A DNA stretch of 64,000 bases from a bacterium (lineage in GTDB: Bacteria; Zixibacteria; MSB-5A5; GN15; FEB-12): contig JBDRNJ010000014.1 in assembly GCA_043811375.1 (NCBI GenBank), forward strand, positions 32,001 through 96,000. Direction: 5' to 3'. A program made the position numbers and the translations under genes. How positions within the stretch are numbered: position 1 is the first letter of the stretch; every line of letters begins with the position of its first letter. Positions 19,631 through 29,375 of this stretch are shown in pieces. The notes beneath the pieces were generated by a model, which was not told the origin of the DNA, searched no databases, and saw only the letters and a list, made by a program, of their open reading frames with translations.

Positions 19631-20968
19631 ATGGATATCTTTGACAACGGCCGGGCGGAATCATCACAGCCGACACGGGCCGAAATCGCTCCTCTGGCTG
19701 ACCGTATGCGACCGCAGAACTTTGACGAGTTCGTGGGGCAGGATAAGATCGTCGGAGCGGGCACTCCCCTGCGCAAAGCGATTGAAAGCGACAATGTAAC
19801 CTCCATGATCTTCTGGGGACCACCGGGGACCGGCAAAACTACCCTGGCCGAGTTGATCGCGCACTCCACCCGAGGACAATTCATTCCGTTTTCCGCCGTC
19901 TCTGCGGGTATCAAGGAAGTCAAACAGATAATATCCAAGGCCGGCAACTACTACCAACTTTCCGGACGGCGCACCTACATCTTTATAGACGAAATCCACC
20001 GCTTCAACAAAGCCCAGCAGGATGCTTTTCTGCCGTACGTGGAAAAGGGCGATATTATCCTGATCGGCGCCACTACCGAGAACCCGTCGTTTGAAGTCAT
20101 CTCGGCTCTGATGTCACGGATGCGGGTGTACGTGCTTGAACGACTGTCGGAGAGTGCTATCGGCGCTATAGTACAACGAACATTGTCGGATAACGAACGC
20201 GGATTGGGGCGGATGAAGCTGACGCTGGGCGAGGGTGCTCTTGATTTCATCGGCACGGCCGCCGATGGCGACGCCCGCCGGGGACTGACACTGCTGGAGG
20301 CGACCGCCTCTTTTCTGGGAGAAGGGGCCGCCATCACGGTTGCGGACCTCAGACAGGTGCATCAGAAAGGGTTAGGCGTTTACGACAAAGACGGCGAAGA
20401 ACACTACAACATCATCTCCGCCCTGCACAAGAGCCTGCGCGGCGGTGATCCCGATGCTTCACTTTACTGGCTGGCGCGGATGCTCGACGGCGGCGAGGAC
20501 CCGCTTTATATCGTGCGACGGTTGGTGCGGTTTGCCTCCGAGGATGTCGGTCTGGCCGACCCGTATGCGCTGACGCTGGCCATAAGCACTCGCGACGCTT
20601 ACCACTTCCTTGGTTCACCCGAAGGTGAGCTGGCAATTGCGCAACTGGTCATCTACCTGGCCTGCGCTCCCAAGTCAAACGCGGCCTACGTCGCATTTGA
20701 CCGGGCTATGAAAGACGTTACTACCAAAGGCTCCCTGCCGGTGCCGCTGCATATCCGCAACGCCCCGACTTCACTGATGAAAGCTCTCGACTACGGCAAG
20801 GGGTACAAGTACGCTCACGAATACGAAGACGCCCTGACCGACCAGGAGCACTTCCCGGACGAACTGGCCGGCACGGAGTACTATCACCCCAAAGAAGCCG
20901 GACGTGAGGCGAAGCTGGCGGAGTATTTGAAGAAGTATCGGGAGTATAGGAAGAGGTCAGCGAAGTAG
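19631..20968 (+). CDS. rarA: Replication-associated recombination protein RarA/MgsA
   Basis: PLADRMRP, GPPGTGKTT, FIDEIHRFNKAQQD, GATTENP, SALHKS, ASEDVG. Confidence 0.96.
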   Translation: MDIFDNGRAESSQPTRAEIAPLADRMRPQNFDEFVGQDKIVGAGTPLRKAIESDNVTSMIFWGPPGTGKTTLAELIAHSTRGQFIPFSAVSAGIKEVKQIISKAGNYYQLSGRRTYIFIDEIHRFNKAQQDAFLPYVEKGDIILIGATTENPSFEVISALMSRMRVYVLERLSESAIGAIVQRTLSDNERGLGRMKLTLGEGALDFIGTAADGDARRGLTLLEATASFLGEGAAITVADLRQVHQKGLGVYDKDGEEHYNIISALHKSLRGGDPDASLYWLARMLDGGEDPLYIVRRLVRFASEDVGLADPYALTLAISTRDAYHFLGSPEGELAIAQLVIYLACAPKSNAAYVAFDRAMKDVTTKGSLPVPLHIRNAPTSLMKALDYGKGYKYAHEYEDALTDQEHFPDELAGTEYYHPKEAGREAKLAEYLKKYREYRKRSAK

Positions 20969-21030
20969 GGCAGAACCCCTGTGGTTCTGCTTATTGAAAC
21001 CGGCAAAACCGCTAAAGGGTTATGCCCTGT
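20965..21030. repeat. REP doublet (REPIN-like), copy 1
   Basis: GTAGGGCAGAACC...GGTTCTGC...GGCAAAAC...GGGTTATGCCCTGT. Confidence 0.8.
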
Positions 21031-21148
21031 AATTGTTAAGGAAGTAAGTCATGTGCATAGGATAGATGTGGATATCCGCCTTCTATGAAAAAAGTATTCA
21101 AGTGTTAAACGTTGATAAATCCAATGCGTCTTTTAGATATGTAAACAG

Positions 21149-21811
21149 ATGTGGCAGGAGGGATTTGTGATATATTCAAAGATATTGCTAATCACTATAA
21201 TGATGAATTTGCCATCGCTAGTTTTAGCTCAGATGAAAACTCAGATAGGAGTGAATGGCAATCAAATGTGGTCCAGTCATGGAAAATTAGTTAGCCCTAT
21301 TGGGTACGGCTTTTTTCTCTCACAGGATGTTTCTTCAAAAATCAGACTGAGAATTGAATATGCCTACCATTCAGAATCCCAAGGGTACGTGGGAACAGCC
21401 TACCTTTTTCTTCCACCAACCGAAGATGCCGAAGTAAGAGATTTTTTTGACAGTCATGCCTGGGTGCAGACATTTGAGCTAGCCCTATTGCATAGCTTTG
21501 TTAGATGTGAACAAATGCGGTTGAGCATTGGTGGCGGGTTGATATATCGACGTTTTCGCGCTGATATAATTGGTCGTACCAGTGGATTTAAGTTCCCCGG
21601 TACAAAGGCGGACAAGATTGGGATAAGTATAAATATTGATCTCGATATTGGGCAAATCCTGCGATTACCGATTACTGCCCACCTCGGCTTTCGGCAATCA
21701 TTTACATCTCCTGAACAGGCACTATGTACAGACTGTTATGCCATTTTTTCCGACGGTATACGAAGTTCTGAGGTGCTGCTTGGTTTGTCGTACACTATCT
21801 CAGCACATTGA
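21149..21811 (+). CDS. AT-rich exported protein, probable small outer-membrane beta-barrel
   Basis: Signal-like N-terminus, alternating beta pattern, LGLSY near C-terminus; visibly AT-richer than flanks. Confidence 0.6.
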   Translation: MWQEGFVIYSKILLITIMMNLPSLVLAQMKTQIGVNGNQMWSSHGKLVSPIGYGFFLSQDVSSKIRLRIEYAYHSESQGYVGTAYLFLPPTEDAEVRDFFDSHAWVQTFELALLHSFVRCEQMRLSIGGGLIYRRFRADIIGRTSGFKFPGTKADKIGISINIDLDIGQILRLPITAHLGFRQSFTSPEQALCTDCYAIFSDGIRSSEVLLGLSYTISAH

Positions 21812-21855
21812 ATGATATAATGGTATCACTTTTACAACACACCAACGTTAGAAAA

Positions 21856-21921
21856 GTAGGGCAGAACCCAAAGCGGTTCTGCCTATTAATGCCGGCAAAA
21901 CAGCAAAGGGTTTTGCCCTAC
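21856..21921. repeat. REP doublet (REPIN-like), copy 2
   Basis: GTAGGGCAGAACC...GGTTCTGCC...GGCAAAAC...GGGTTTTGCCCTAC. Confidence 0.8.
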
Positions 21922-21944
21922 AATTCAAGGAGACAATTGTCAGC

Positions 21945-22544
21945 ATGTTCCACAACATCCCCTCCCCCATAGCTGATCGGATGCGGCGGTTGGAAGAACT
22001 GGATATCGCCGACCGTATCGACGGTTCCTCACGAAAACTGCGGCTGCGACAGGTTCCACCGGAAACCGGGCAGTTTCTGGCCCTGCTGGCGGCGAGTGCA
22101 CCGGCGGGTAACTGGATCGAAATCGGCACCAGCGCCGGGTACTCCACCCTCTGGCTTTCTCTGGCGGCACGCGCGGTAGGTCGCCGGATAATCACGTTTG
22201 AGATTGATCCAAGCAAAGCTGAGATGGCAACCGAGACCTTTCGTGTCGCCGGTGTCGATGACATAGTGGAAATGGTTTTTGGAGATGCTCGTGAACATCT
22301 GGATAAAAGCCACGATGTGGCTGACGTGGCCTTCTGCTTTCTCGATGCTGAAAAGGAAATATATCAGCAGTGCTATGACATAGTTGTTCCCCGACTGGTC
22401 AACGGCGGCTTGCTGGTCGCCGATAACGCCATCAGCCACCGCCGAGTATTGCAACCTATGCTTGACAGAGCACTCGACGATGACCGGGTCGACGCCCTGA
22501 TCGTCCCGATCGGCAGAGGAGAACTGGTCTGCCGCAAACTTTGA
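21945..22544 (+). CDS. O-methyltransferase (caffeoyl-CoA/COMT-like)
   Basis: [27 protein letters not shown]. Confidence 0.9.
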   Translation: MFHNIPSPIADRMRRLEELDIADRIDGSSRKLRLRQVPPETGQFLALLAASAPAGNWIEIGTSAGYSTLWLSLAARAVGRRIITFEIDPSKAEMATETFRVAGVDDIVEMVFGDAREHLDKSHDVADVAFCFLDAEKEIYQQCYDIVVPRLVNGGLLVADNAISHRRVLQPMLDRALDDDRVDALIVPIGRGELVCRKL

Positions 22545-22568
22545 GCGATATCGCCATACTTTTGCACT

Positions 22569-23069
22569 ATGAGCTATCTTGAATCACAACGACTAGCTAA
22601 GCTTTCTACTGCTGTCAGAGAATCGAGTCTGAAGCGGCTGCGGGCGGTTCCTGAGGGCCGGGAAAACTGGCGTCCCACTACCGATGCGATGAGTTTCGCT
22701 GACCTGGCGCAACACCTGGTCGACGCTGACAACTGGCTGCTGAAAATGCTCGAACTCAAGAACCTCAAACCGATAATCGGCCGAGCGGGATTGATCGAAA
22801 TCAAAAACCGTGAAGAATACCTGAATCTTCTGGAAGAACTGGCACAAAGCGGCGTTCGTCGAGATCAGACGATCCGCGCTATGACCGATAAAGAACTGGC
22901 CGAGATGATCTATGACGCACGTTTCGGACGGGAAGTCAGCGCCTGGTGGATTGTTGTCCGTGGTAATCTTGATCACGAAACCCACCACCGGGGACAGATA
23001 GCAACATATCTAAAACTACCGGGCGGGGCGGGTACAACAGGTGGAGGAACAGATGAAAGACAAGCATGA
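22569..23069 (+). CDS. DinB/YfiT family protein
   Basis: WRP...[10 protein letters not shown] and [13 protein letters not shown]. Confidence 0.88.
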   Translation: MSYLESQRLAKLSTAVRESSLKRLRAVPEGRENWRPTTDAMSFADLAQHLVDADNWLLKMLELKNLKPIIGRAGLIEIKNREEYLNLLEELAQSGVRRDQTIRAMTDKELAEMIYDARFGREVSAWWIVVRGNLDHETHHRGQIATYLKLPGGAGTTGGGTDERQA

Positions 23070-23781
23070 CGCCTTCGGCCATGGGCTTTACGATTATCTG
23101 AATGGTATACGCGGTGCCGAGATTATCGAAAGAGATGATGGCATGGTGGAACCCGATGGCGGCCCTAAAGTCTATTTTGCTGAGTACCGCGACTGGTCAC
23201 CGGTCGAGAAAAAGGCGATTCGCTACGCGCAAGGAAGAGTACTCGATATTGGCTGTGGCGCAGGCAGATGCCTGCTCTATCTGAAAAACAAGGGCTTTGA
23301 CGTTACGGGTATCGACACTTCCCCGTTAGCGCTGAAAGTCTGCCGGAAACGCGGCGTAAAGAAAGTCAAGCTCCTGTCGGTGACACAGGTAACCCCGAAA
23401 CTTGGCATCTTTGACACCCTGCTTATGTATGGCAACAATTTCGGCCTGATGGCTAATCCGCATCGGGCACGATGGCTGTTCAGAAGGTTTGTAAAGATTA
23501 CATCCGCCAGGGGAAGAATCATTGCCGCTGCCCTCAGTCCCTACCCAACAACTACCCCGGAACACCTGGAGTACCAGAAACGCAACCGGAAAAGAGGACG
23601 CCCGGCAGGACAAATCAGACTCCGGGTCAGGTACAAAAGATATGTCACACCCTGGTTGGACTGGCTGCTTGTCTCTCAGAAGGAGATGACCGATATCCTG
23701 CGGGGAACCGGCTGGCAACCGGTGAAATTCATCGATGGGCCGCAGGGAAGGTACGCTGCTATTATCGAGAAGACCGGGTAG
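23053..23781 (+). CDS. Class I SAM-dependent methyltransferase
   Basis: [38 protein letters not shown]. Confidence 0.9.
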   Translation: MKDKHDAFGHGLYDYLNGIRGAEIIERDDGMVEPDGGPKVYFAEYRDWSPVEKKAIRYAQGRVLDIGCGAGRCLLYLKNKGFDVTGIDTSPLALKVCRKRGVKKVKLLSVTQVTPKLGIFDTLLMYGNNFGLMANPHRARWLFRRFVKITSARGRIIAAALSPYPTTTPEHLEYQKRNRKRGRPAGQIRLRVRYKRYVTPWLDWLLVSQKEMTDILRGTGWQPVKFIDGPQGRYAAIIEKTG

Positions 23782-23820
23782 ATTTTCGGTCGGAGTCGAA
23801 ACTCAGTCATTAATGTTAAC

Positions 23821-23858
23821 AGACCAGCCCTCCCACAATCCGGGGAGGGCTGGTCTTT
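23821..23858. terminator. Hairpin terminator between convergent operons
   Basis: 14-bp stem AGACCAGCCCTCCC/GGGAGGGCTGGTCT. Confidence 0.7.
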
Positions 23859-23877
23859 GTCGGTAAGAACTGTTCGT

Positions 23878-24048
23878 CTAACCGTAGATCTCTTTCCGGT
23901 TTTCATCGGTCACCGCCAGGTTGACGGTGCGAAATTTCCAGGCACCGTTTTCGCCCTTGTACGCCTTAACCCATTTGATGTACTGGGGCGACCCTTCCTT
24001 ACTGGCGGCCTTCTTGATCTTGTCAGCGAAGCTCGTCTTCTTGGCCAT
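23878..24048 (-). CDS. 56-aa basic protein, DUF4295/bL38-like (absent from the ORF track)
   Basis: MAKKTSFADKIKKAASKEGSPQYIKWVKAYKGENGAWKFRTVNLAVTDENRKEIYG; GAGGAGGT RBS 8 nt upstream. Confidence 0.75.
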   Translation of the reverse strand: MAKKTSFADKIKKAASKEGSPQYIKWVKAYKGENGAWKFRTVNLAVTDENRKEIYG

Positions 24049-24271
24049 ACGGGATTACCTCCTCAACTTCTATCTTATCTTCCACATCCAACTGAGCCCG
24101 TTGCTGTCTCACCACCAACAACAAGTCGGTGGTTTCCTTCAGCAGGCTGAATTCACGATCAGTCGCGAACTGCCGAGCAGCTCCGTGGAAGTGATCAGAG
24201 GCCGCTGCATAATCTTTATCTTTCAGCGACAGCAAAGCCCGGCAGTATTCTTTTTCTGCCTGATTAAGCAT
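24023..24271 (-). CDS. Small hypothetical protein with a TPR-like helix pair
   Basis: ATG overlaps the end of the upstream ORF; YCRALLSLKDKDYAAASDHF. Confidence 0.65.
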   Translation of the reverse strand: MLNQAEKEYCRALLSLKDKDYAAASDHFHGAARQFATDREFSLLKETTDLLLVVRQQRAQLDVEDKIEVEEVIPYGQEDELR

Positions 24272-24920
24272 GCTGATCTCTCCCGTCAATCAGAGCCTCG
24301 GCCTGATTCAGCCGTTTGACATACGGGCCGACTTTATAGTCATCCAGCTTCAGTGAATATATGATAAAAGCTGATAAAAGCAAGGCATCCTTGTTTTTCT
24401 GTATGGTGGCCGTTTTCAGGGAATCATCAAGAACCGAGAGAATATGTTTATGAGAACCTGCCAGATCCCGGTACATTCCCGCCAGATTCTCCAACAACCG
24501 GCCGAATGCTGCCATTGATCCGGCGCTATCGGTGGCCGATTCCGGTCCTCGGCGGAGGTGCAGTTTGACGGTCCCGGTCGTCCGCTCACTCCACCGCTTT
24601 ACCTCCGACTGAATTTTGCGAGCTGCCGGAGAATTATCCTGCTGCTTCGCCAGAATGGTGTCGATCCGTTTGAGCATATCGCCAATCCGATTGCGGTCAC
24701 CATCTCGGAGACCACCGCTTTCCAGCCATGTCGAATGATCGGCTAACCACTCGCCAACGTTTTCGACCACTTCGCTGCCGTCCTCAGGAGTTCGGGCGAT
24801 ATCATCCAGGCGGTTGATACCGCCCAGAACCTGAAGGCGCTGCCCTTTGGCAGCCACCGCCCGTTCGAGAAACGATTCGAGCAGTTTCTCAAGTGCTGCC
24901 AGATCGTCTGATTGGTTCAA
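24264..24920 (-). CDS. Hypothetical helical protein
   Basis: 218-aa ORF overlapping both neighbours. Confidence 0.7.
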   Translation of the reverse strand: MNQSDDLAALEKLLESFLERAVAAKGQRLQVLGGINRLDDIARTPEDGSEVVENVGEWLADHSTWLESGGLRDGDRNRIGDMLKRIDTILAKQQDNSPAARKIQSEVKRWSERTTGTVKLHLRRGPESATDSAGSMAAFGRLLENLAGMYRDLAGSHKHILSVLDDSLKTATIQKNKDALLLSAFIIYSLKLDDYKVGPYVKRLNQAEALIDGRDQHA

Positions 24921-25774
24921 TCGACACTCTCCAGATAAGCCCTGGTCACATCACGGTCGGTAACTTTGGGGGCAGTTTTCTCCGTCAGGTAGTCCTCGAA
25001 CAAACCGGCCAGGCGATTAGTCATCTCCTGCAACTGCGGCACCGAAGAAGCTTTCTTCTCCGTCTTTGTTATCAATCCGGCCAGCTTCAACTGCGCCAGT
25101 TTGGTGAGCGACTGGTTTCGGTCCAGGGGACTGAGCCGGCAGATTTCGTCGAGCGTACGACGCCCGTCTACCAGGGCCATGATGTTCCACTCGGCAGCTT
25201 TCATTGTCACGGCCCGTTCCCGGTCTCCCTGGGATGCTGAGATGGTGTAGACCGACTCCGGGTCGGGCAACGTTTCCCTGACCATGTTCATCTCATCGGT
25301 GCGGCGCAACCCTTCCAGGATTACGTTCTCAACCGACAGGTTGACGGTGATTTCCTCATCGGTAGGGAACTGATCTTCGTAGAACTTAAACGATCCGGCC
25401 TGCCAGCCCAACAGCGAATACAGCAACTCCTCGATCTGCTTGTTGACCACGTCTCTCAGGTCGCTGCGGTCAATGAACCGCTTGCCGATCATGATCTCAC
25501 CCAGCCGTCGGGAATTGTCCGTTTTGGCCTGGATGCTGATCGCCTCCTCAAGTTGCTCGGTGGTGATCACACCTCTTTCCTTCAGGAGTTGGCCCAGATG
25601 AAACGTCTGCCGGGGACCATAGCCATAGACGACGTTGCCTTCCCTGAAATATATCATCACTATGGAATCATCTTTCTGAATCCCCAGCGTTCCCGATTTA
25701 CGGCCTGATGCGATTAGCTGAAATACTTCCGGCAATGTGAATCTTTCGATATTCCCCTGCAAATCAAGTTCCAT
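24917..25774 (-). CDS. DUF4388 (PATAN-like) domain protein with C-terminal winged-helix-like region
   Basis: LQGNIERFTLPEVFQLI...KSGTL, IYFREG, LGQLL...ITTEQLEEA, WQAGSFKF, VDGRRTLDEI. Confidence 0.85.
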   Translation of the reverse strand: MELDLQGNIERFTLPEVFQLIASGRKSGTLGIQKDDSIVMIYFREGNVVYGYGPRQTFHLGQLLKERGVITTEQLEEAISIQAKTDNSRRLGEIMIGKRFIDRSDLRDVVNKQIEELLYSLLGWQAGSFKFYEDQFPTDEEITVNLSVENVILEGLRRTDEMNMVRETLPDPESVYTISASQGDRERAVTMKAAEWNIMALVDGRRTLDEICRLSPLDRNQSLTKLAQLKLAGLITKTEKKASSVPQLQEMTNRLAGLFEDYLTEKTAPKVTDRDVTRAYLESVD

Positions 25775-26086
25775 ATATACTCCCTGCCGACGATAGAAAG
25801 TCAGCAATTCCCTGGTGCTCTATTCTTATCCAATACTCCCGTTACCTGTTGCGAGGTAACGCAATAAAGTAATCAAATCCTTAACTATTCCCCAACCTGC
25901 CATATACTACGAAGTTACAAGTTCTTCTCTCAACAATTAACAATAACAGTTGTTTTGGCTGATGTCAACGTCAAAAAAAGGATCACCCGGCAGTTTTTGC
26001 TTCTTTCCGGCCAGCCTGTCCGCTTAACTAAATATGTGGTTCGGCGATAATTTACCGGGCCGTGTTTTTAATCCTGGCGGTAGACA

Positions 26087-26740
26087 GTGAAAACGAAAAT
26101 TACGGCAATAACACCGGCGAGGTCCCCTGACGCTAAATCGGTCAGTATCAGCGGCATTGAGAAACCATTGACGGTGCCGGCACACCTGGTTGAACAATTC
26201 GGCCTGATGACCGGCGTGGTGCTCACGGCAGCACAGCTTGAGAGGCTGATAGCTGAATCTGACCTGTGGAGTTGTGACAGGACAGCCGCACGACTGCTGG
26301 CCGCTCGCGAGCATTCGATCGGTGAAATCCGGGTCAAACTTAGAACCCGACATTTCCCGGACAACATCGTCAAAGAAACAATTCGGAAGTACTGCCGGCT
26401 GGGGGTGCTTGACGATGCCGTCTTTGCCTATCATCAGGCAGAGAAACTTGTCAATCGGCGGCCGTGCGGGAAGTCGTTCCTGACGGCTTTTCTGCAACGT
26501 AAGCGGATCGACCGTCAACTGGCGCAACAGACGGTCGAGCAGGTGCTTGAAGGTAAAGACGAACTACAACTGGCGACAGCGGCGCTGTTGCAAAGATGGA
26601 GAGAATACCGCCAGTTTGAACTTGAAGTGGCCCAACGCAAGGCATATAATTACCTGGCTCGCCGCGGGTTCGGTTACGAGGCGGCCAAGGCGGCATTTGA
26701 GCAGATTCAACGGCGACAAGAAGAGGAAACCGAAGATTAA
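26087..26740 (+). CDS. recX: Regulatory protein RecX
   Basis: LLAAREHSIGEIRVKL, LDDAVFA, YLARRGF. Confidence 0.9.
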   Translation: MKTKITAITPARSPDAKSVSISGIEKPLTVPAHLVEQFGLMTGVVLTAAQLERLIAESDLWSCDRTAARLLAAREHSIGEIRVKLRTRHFPDNIVKETIRKYCRLGVLDDAVFAYHQAEKLVNRRPCGKSFLTAFLQRKRIDRQLAQQTVEQVLEGKDELQLATAALLQRWREYRQFELEVAQRKAYNYLARRGFGYEAAKAAFEQIQRRQEEETED

Positions 26741-29375
26741 AACTACTGATATCAGACAATCCTTTTTGAGTTACTTCAAGGCTCACGACCATCGTATCGT
26801 TCCCTCCTCGCCGGTGATTCCCTTCGATGACCCGACGCTGCTGTTTATCAATGCCGGCATGAACCAGTTCAAGGATGTGTTCACCGGCCGACGCCGCCTT
26901 GAATATCGGCGAGCCGCCAGCGTCCAGAAGTGTATCAGAGCCGGCGGCAAGCACAATGATCTTGACAACGTCGGCTTCACGGCGCGGCATCATACTTTCT
27001 TTGAGATGTTAGGCAACTTCTCCTTCGGTGATTACTTCAAGGAACAGGCTATCGCCTACGCCTGGGAGTGGCTGACAAAGGAACTGGCGCTTCCGATTGA
27101 CAGGCTCTATGTCACCGTTTATGAAACTGATGATGAGGCGTATGATCTGTGGAAGAGAATAGCGCCTCAATTAAATGAGGCTCGCCTCCTGCGGTTCGGC
27201 AAAAAAGATAATTACTGGGCGATGGGTGATACCGGTCCGTGTGGTCCCTGCTCGGAGATTCATTTTGACCGGGGTGAGAAGTTCGGCACCGGTCCGGACG
27301 ATGTCGTCAACGGTGAGACCGAACGCTTTGTCGAAATCTGGAACCTGGTCTTCATGCAGTACGAGCGGCAGCCGGACGGTAACCGGATTCCGCTGCCGAA
27401 ACCTTCGGTCGACACCGGCGCCGGGCTGGAACGGTTAACGGCTGTCATGCAGGGAGTCGATTCCAACTATGAAATAGATATTTTCAAAAGCATCATTAAG
27501 GCCGTTTCCGACATCACCAAATCAAAATATAAAGACCACGTCGCTTCTCACCACGTGGTGGCCGATCATCTGAGAGCGCTGGTGTTTGCCATTGCCGACG
27601 GAGCCGGCGTCTCCAACGAAGGTCGCGGTTACGTGCTGCGCCGTATCCTGCGCCGAGCCGCGCGACACGGACGCATTCTTGATATGCACGAGCCGTTTAT
27701 CTACCGCCTGGTGCCGGTACTGGTGACCCTGATGGGCGACGCCTACCCGGAGATTAAAGAAAAGCAGAAACATATTGAGAGCGTTATTCAATCCGAAGAG
27801 GAGTCTTTCTGCTGCACGCTGGAGACCGGATGCCAGTTGTTTGACGGGATAGCCAAAAAAGTAACGAGCGTCGGCAGTACAATTGTTGACGGCAGTGACG
27901 TCTTTCGGTTGTATGATACTTATGGCTTCCCCTACGATCTGACCGAGATCATGGCCGGTGAGCGCGGTTTGACATTGGACCGGGACGGTTTCGATAAAGC
28001 GATGACGCAGCAGAAGGAGCAGTCGCGGGCGGATGCCAGGTTTGCGCTTGAGGGTACTAAGGAATTCATTGACAAGCTTGAACAAAATGGGTTGCTGGAC
28101 GAGAAGGTTACCGAGTTCTTGCGTCTCGAGAATCCCGAGCAGGAAGTTAGTACCGGATCACTTCTCGCCATAGGCCATGCTACTGGGGCGGCCGTTGTTC
28201 TTGATAGAACACCTTTCTATGTCGAGTCCGGTGGTCAGGTCAGTGACACTGGTTGGATTCGTGGTCAAGGATTCTCTCTCGAAGTAACAGCCATGTACAA
28301 CCATCGTGACTACTACATCCATGTTGGCCGGCTTACCAGGGGACACGTGCGCGATATACAGGGAGAAGTTGTCACTGTCAAAATCAACGCCGAACGCCGC
28401 TGGGACATTATGCGCAATCACACTGCCACCCACCTAGCCCACGCCGCCCTGCGACAGGTGCTGGGACAGCATATCCGGCAGTCCGGCTCGTATGTCGGTC
28501 CGGACAGGTTGCGTTTTGATTTCTCGCACCACCAGCCGATGACACCGGCAGAGATCACACAGGTGGAGAAAATCGTCAACGGTCTGATTCTGAAAGGCAC
28601 GCCGGTGACAACACAGGAAATGGATGTCGATTCGGCCCGCAAGAGTGGTGCGGTGGCACTATTCGGCGAAAAGTACGGTGACACCGTGCGGGTGGTGTCA
28701 GTCGAAGACTTCTCACGCGAATTGTGCGGTGGCACTCATGTCGACAATGTCAGCCAGATCGGGCCGTTTTTCATCACGTTGGAAACCGGTGTCGCCTCCG
28801 GAGTGCGGCGGTTGGAGGCTATCACCGGTAGTGAGGCACAGAAATTCATGCTTCAGTCCAAGCAATTCCGGCAAAACGTAGCATCGTTGGTGGGACGTCC
28901 CGAAACAGACGCCCTGGCCGGAGTGCAGCAGTTGCGCGACAACAACCTGACTCTGCAGAAAGAAATAAAGAAGATTCGCTCCGAGATGTTTGCCGGCGGC
29001 GTCAAGGCAATAGGAGAAGAATTCCAAGCGGGGCCGGTGTCGGGCATCATGCATAACTTCAAAAAAACCGACCGGGACACTATGGCCAGTTGGATCGATG
29101 CGCAGAAAGCCAGCCATGAGACTATAGTGGCGCTCGGTCTGGGAGAAGTAAACGGCAAGTTGACATTCATGTCTTCAGCTAGTCCAACGGCGATTGCTGA
29201 TTACGATGTGCATATGGGCAAGCTGACGCAATCGGTGTTGGCACAATACGGAGGACGTGGCGGAGGCAAGGAAGCTTTCGCCCAGGGAACGGTAGCGCCA
29301 GGGACAATAGCAGAGGATCTGTTTGAAACGGCGCGTTTAATTATCAGCAAGGAGGCAACCCAAAAGGATGGCTGA
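26736..29375 (+). CDS. alaS: Alanine--tRNA ligase (probable ATT start)
   Basis: DPTLLFINAGMNQFK, HHTFFEMLGNFSFGDYFK, editing HTATH and ELCGGTH, C-Ala GRGGG. Confidence 0.97.
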   Translation: MKTTDIRQSFLSYFKAHDHRIVPSSPVIPFDDPTLLFINAGMNQFKDVFTGRRRLEYRRAASVQKCIRAGGKHNDLDNVGFTARHHTFFEMLGNFSFGDYFKEQAIAYAWEWLTKELALPIDRLYVTVYETDDEAYDLWKRIAPQLNEARLLRFGKKDNYWAMGDTGPCGPCSEIHFDRGEKFGTGPDDVVNGETERFVEIWNLVFMQYERQPDGNRIPLPKPSVDTGAGLERLTAVMQGVDSNYEIDIFKSIIKAVSDITKSKYKDHVASHHVVADHLRALVFAIADGAGVSNEGRGYVLRRILRRAARHGRILDMHEPFIYRLVPVLVTLMGDAYPEIKEKQKHIESVIQSEEESFCCTLETGCQLFDGIAKKVTSVGSTIVDGSDVFRLYDTYGFPYDLTEIMAGERGLTLDRDGFDKAMTQQKEQSRADARFALEGTKEFIDKLEQNGLLDEKVTEFLRLENPEQEVSTGSLLAIGHATGAAVVLDRTPFYVESGGQVSDTGWIRGQGFSLEVTAMYNHRDYYIHVGRLTRGHVRDIQGEVVTVKINAERRWDIMRNHTATHLAHAALRQVLGQHIRQSGSYVGPDRLRFDFSHHQPMTPAEITQVEKIVNGLILKGTPVTTQEMDVDSARKSGAVALFGEKYGDTVRVVSVEDFSRELCGGTHVDNVSQIGPFFITLETGVASGVRRLEAITGSEAQKFMLQSKQFRQNVASLVGRPETDALAGVQQLRDNNLTLQKEIKKIRSEMFAGGVKAIGEEFQAGPVSGIMHNFKKTDRDTMASWIDAQKASHETIVALGLGEVNGKLTFMSSASPTAIADYDVHMGKLTQSVLAQYGGRGGGKEAFAQGTVAPGTIAEDLFETARLIISKEATQKDG

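Noticed and set aside
26547..26735. 63-residue N-terminal extension of AlaRS in the ORF track
   Set aside because: Lies inside recX with no AlaRS-like sequence; recognisable AlaRS begins at 26736
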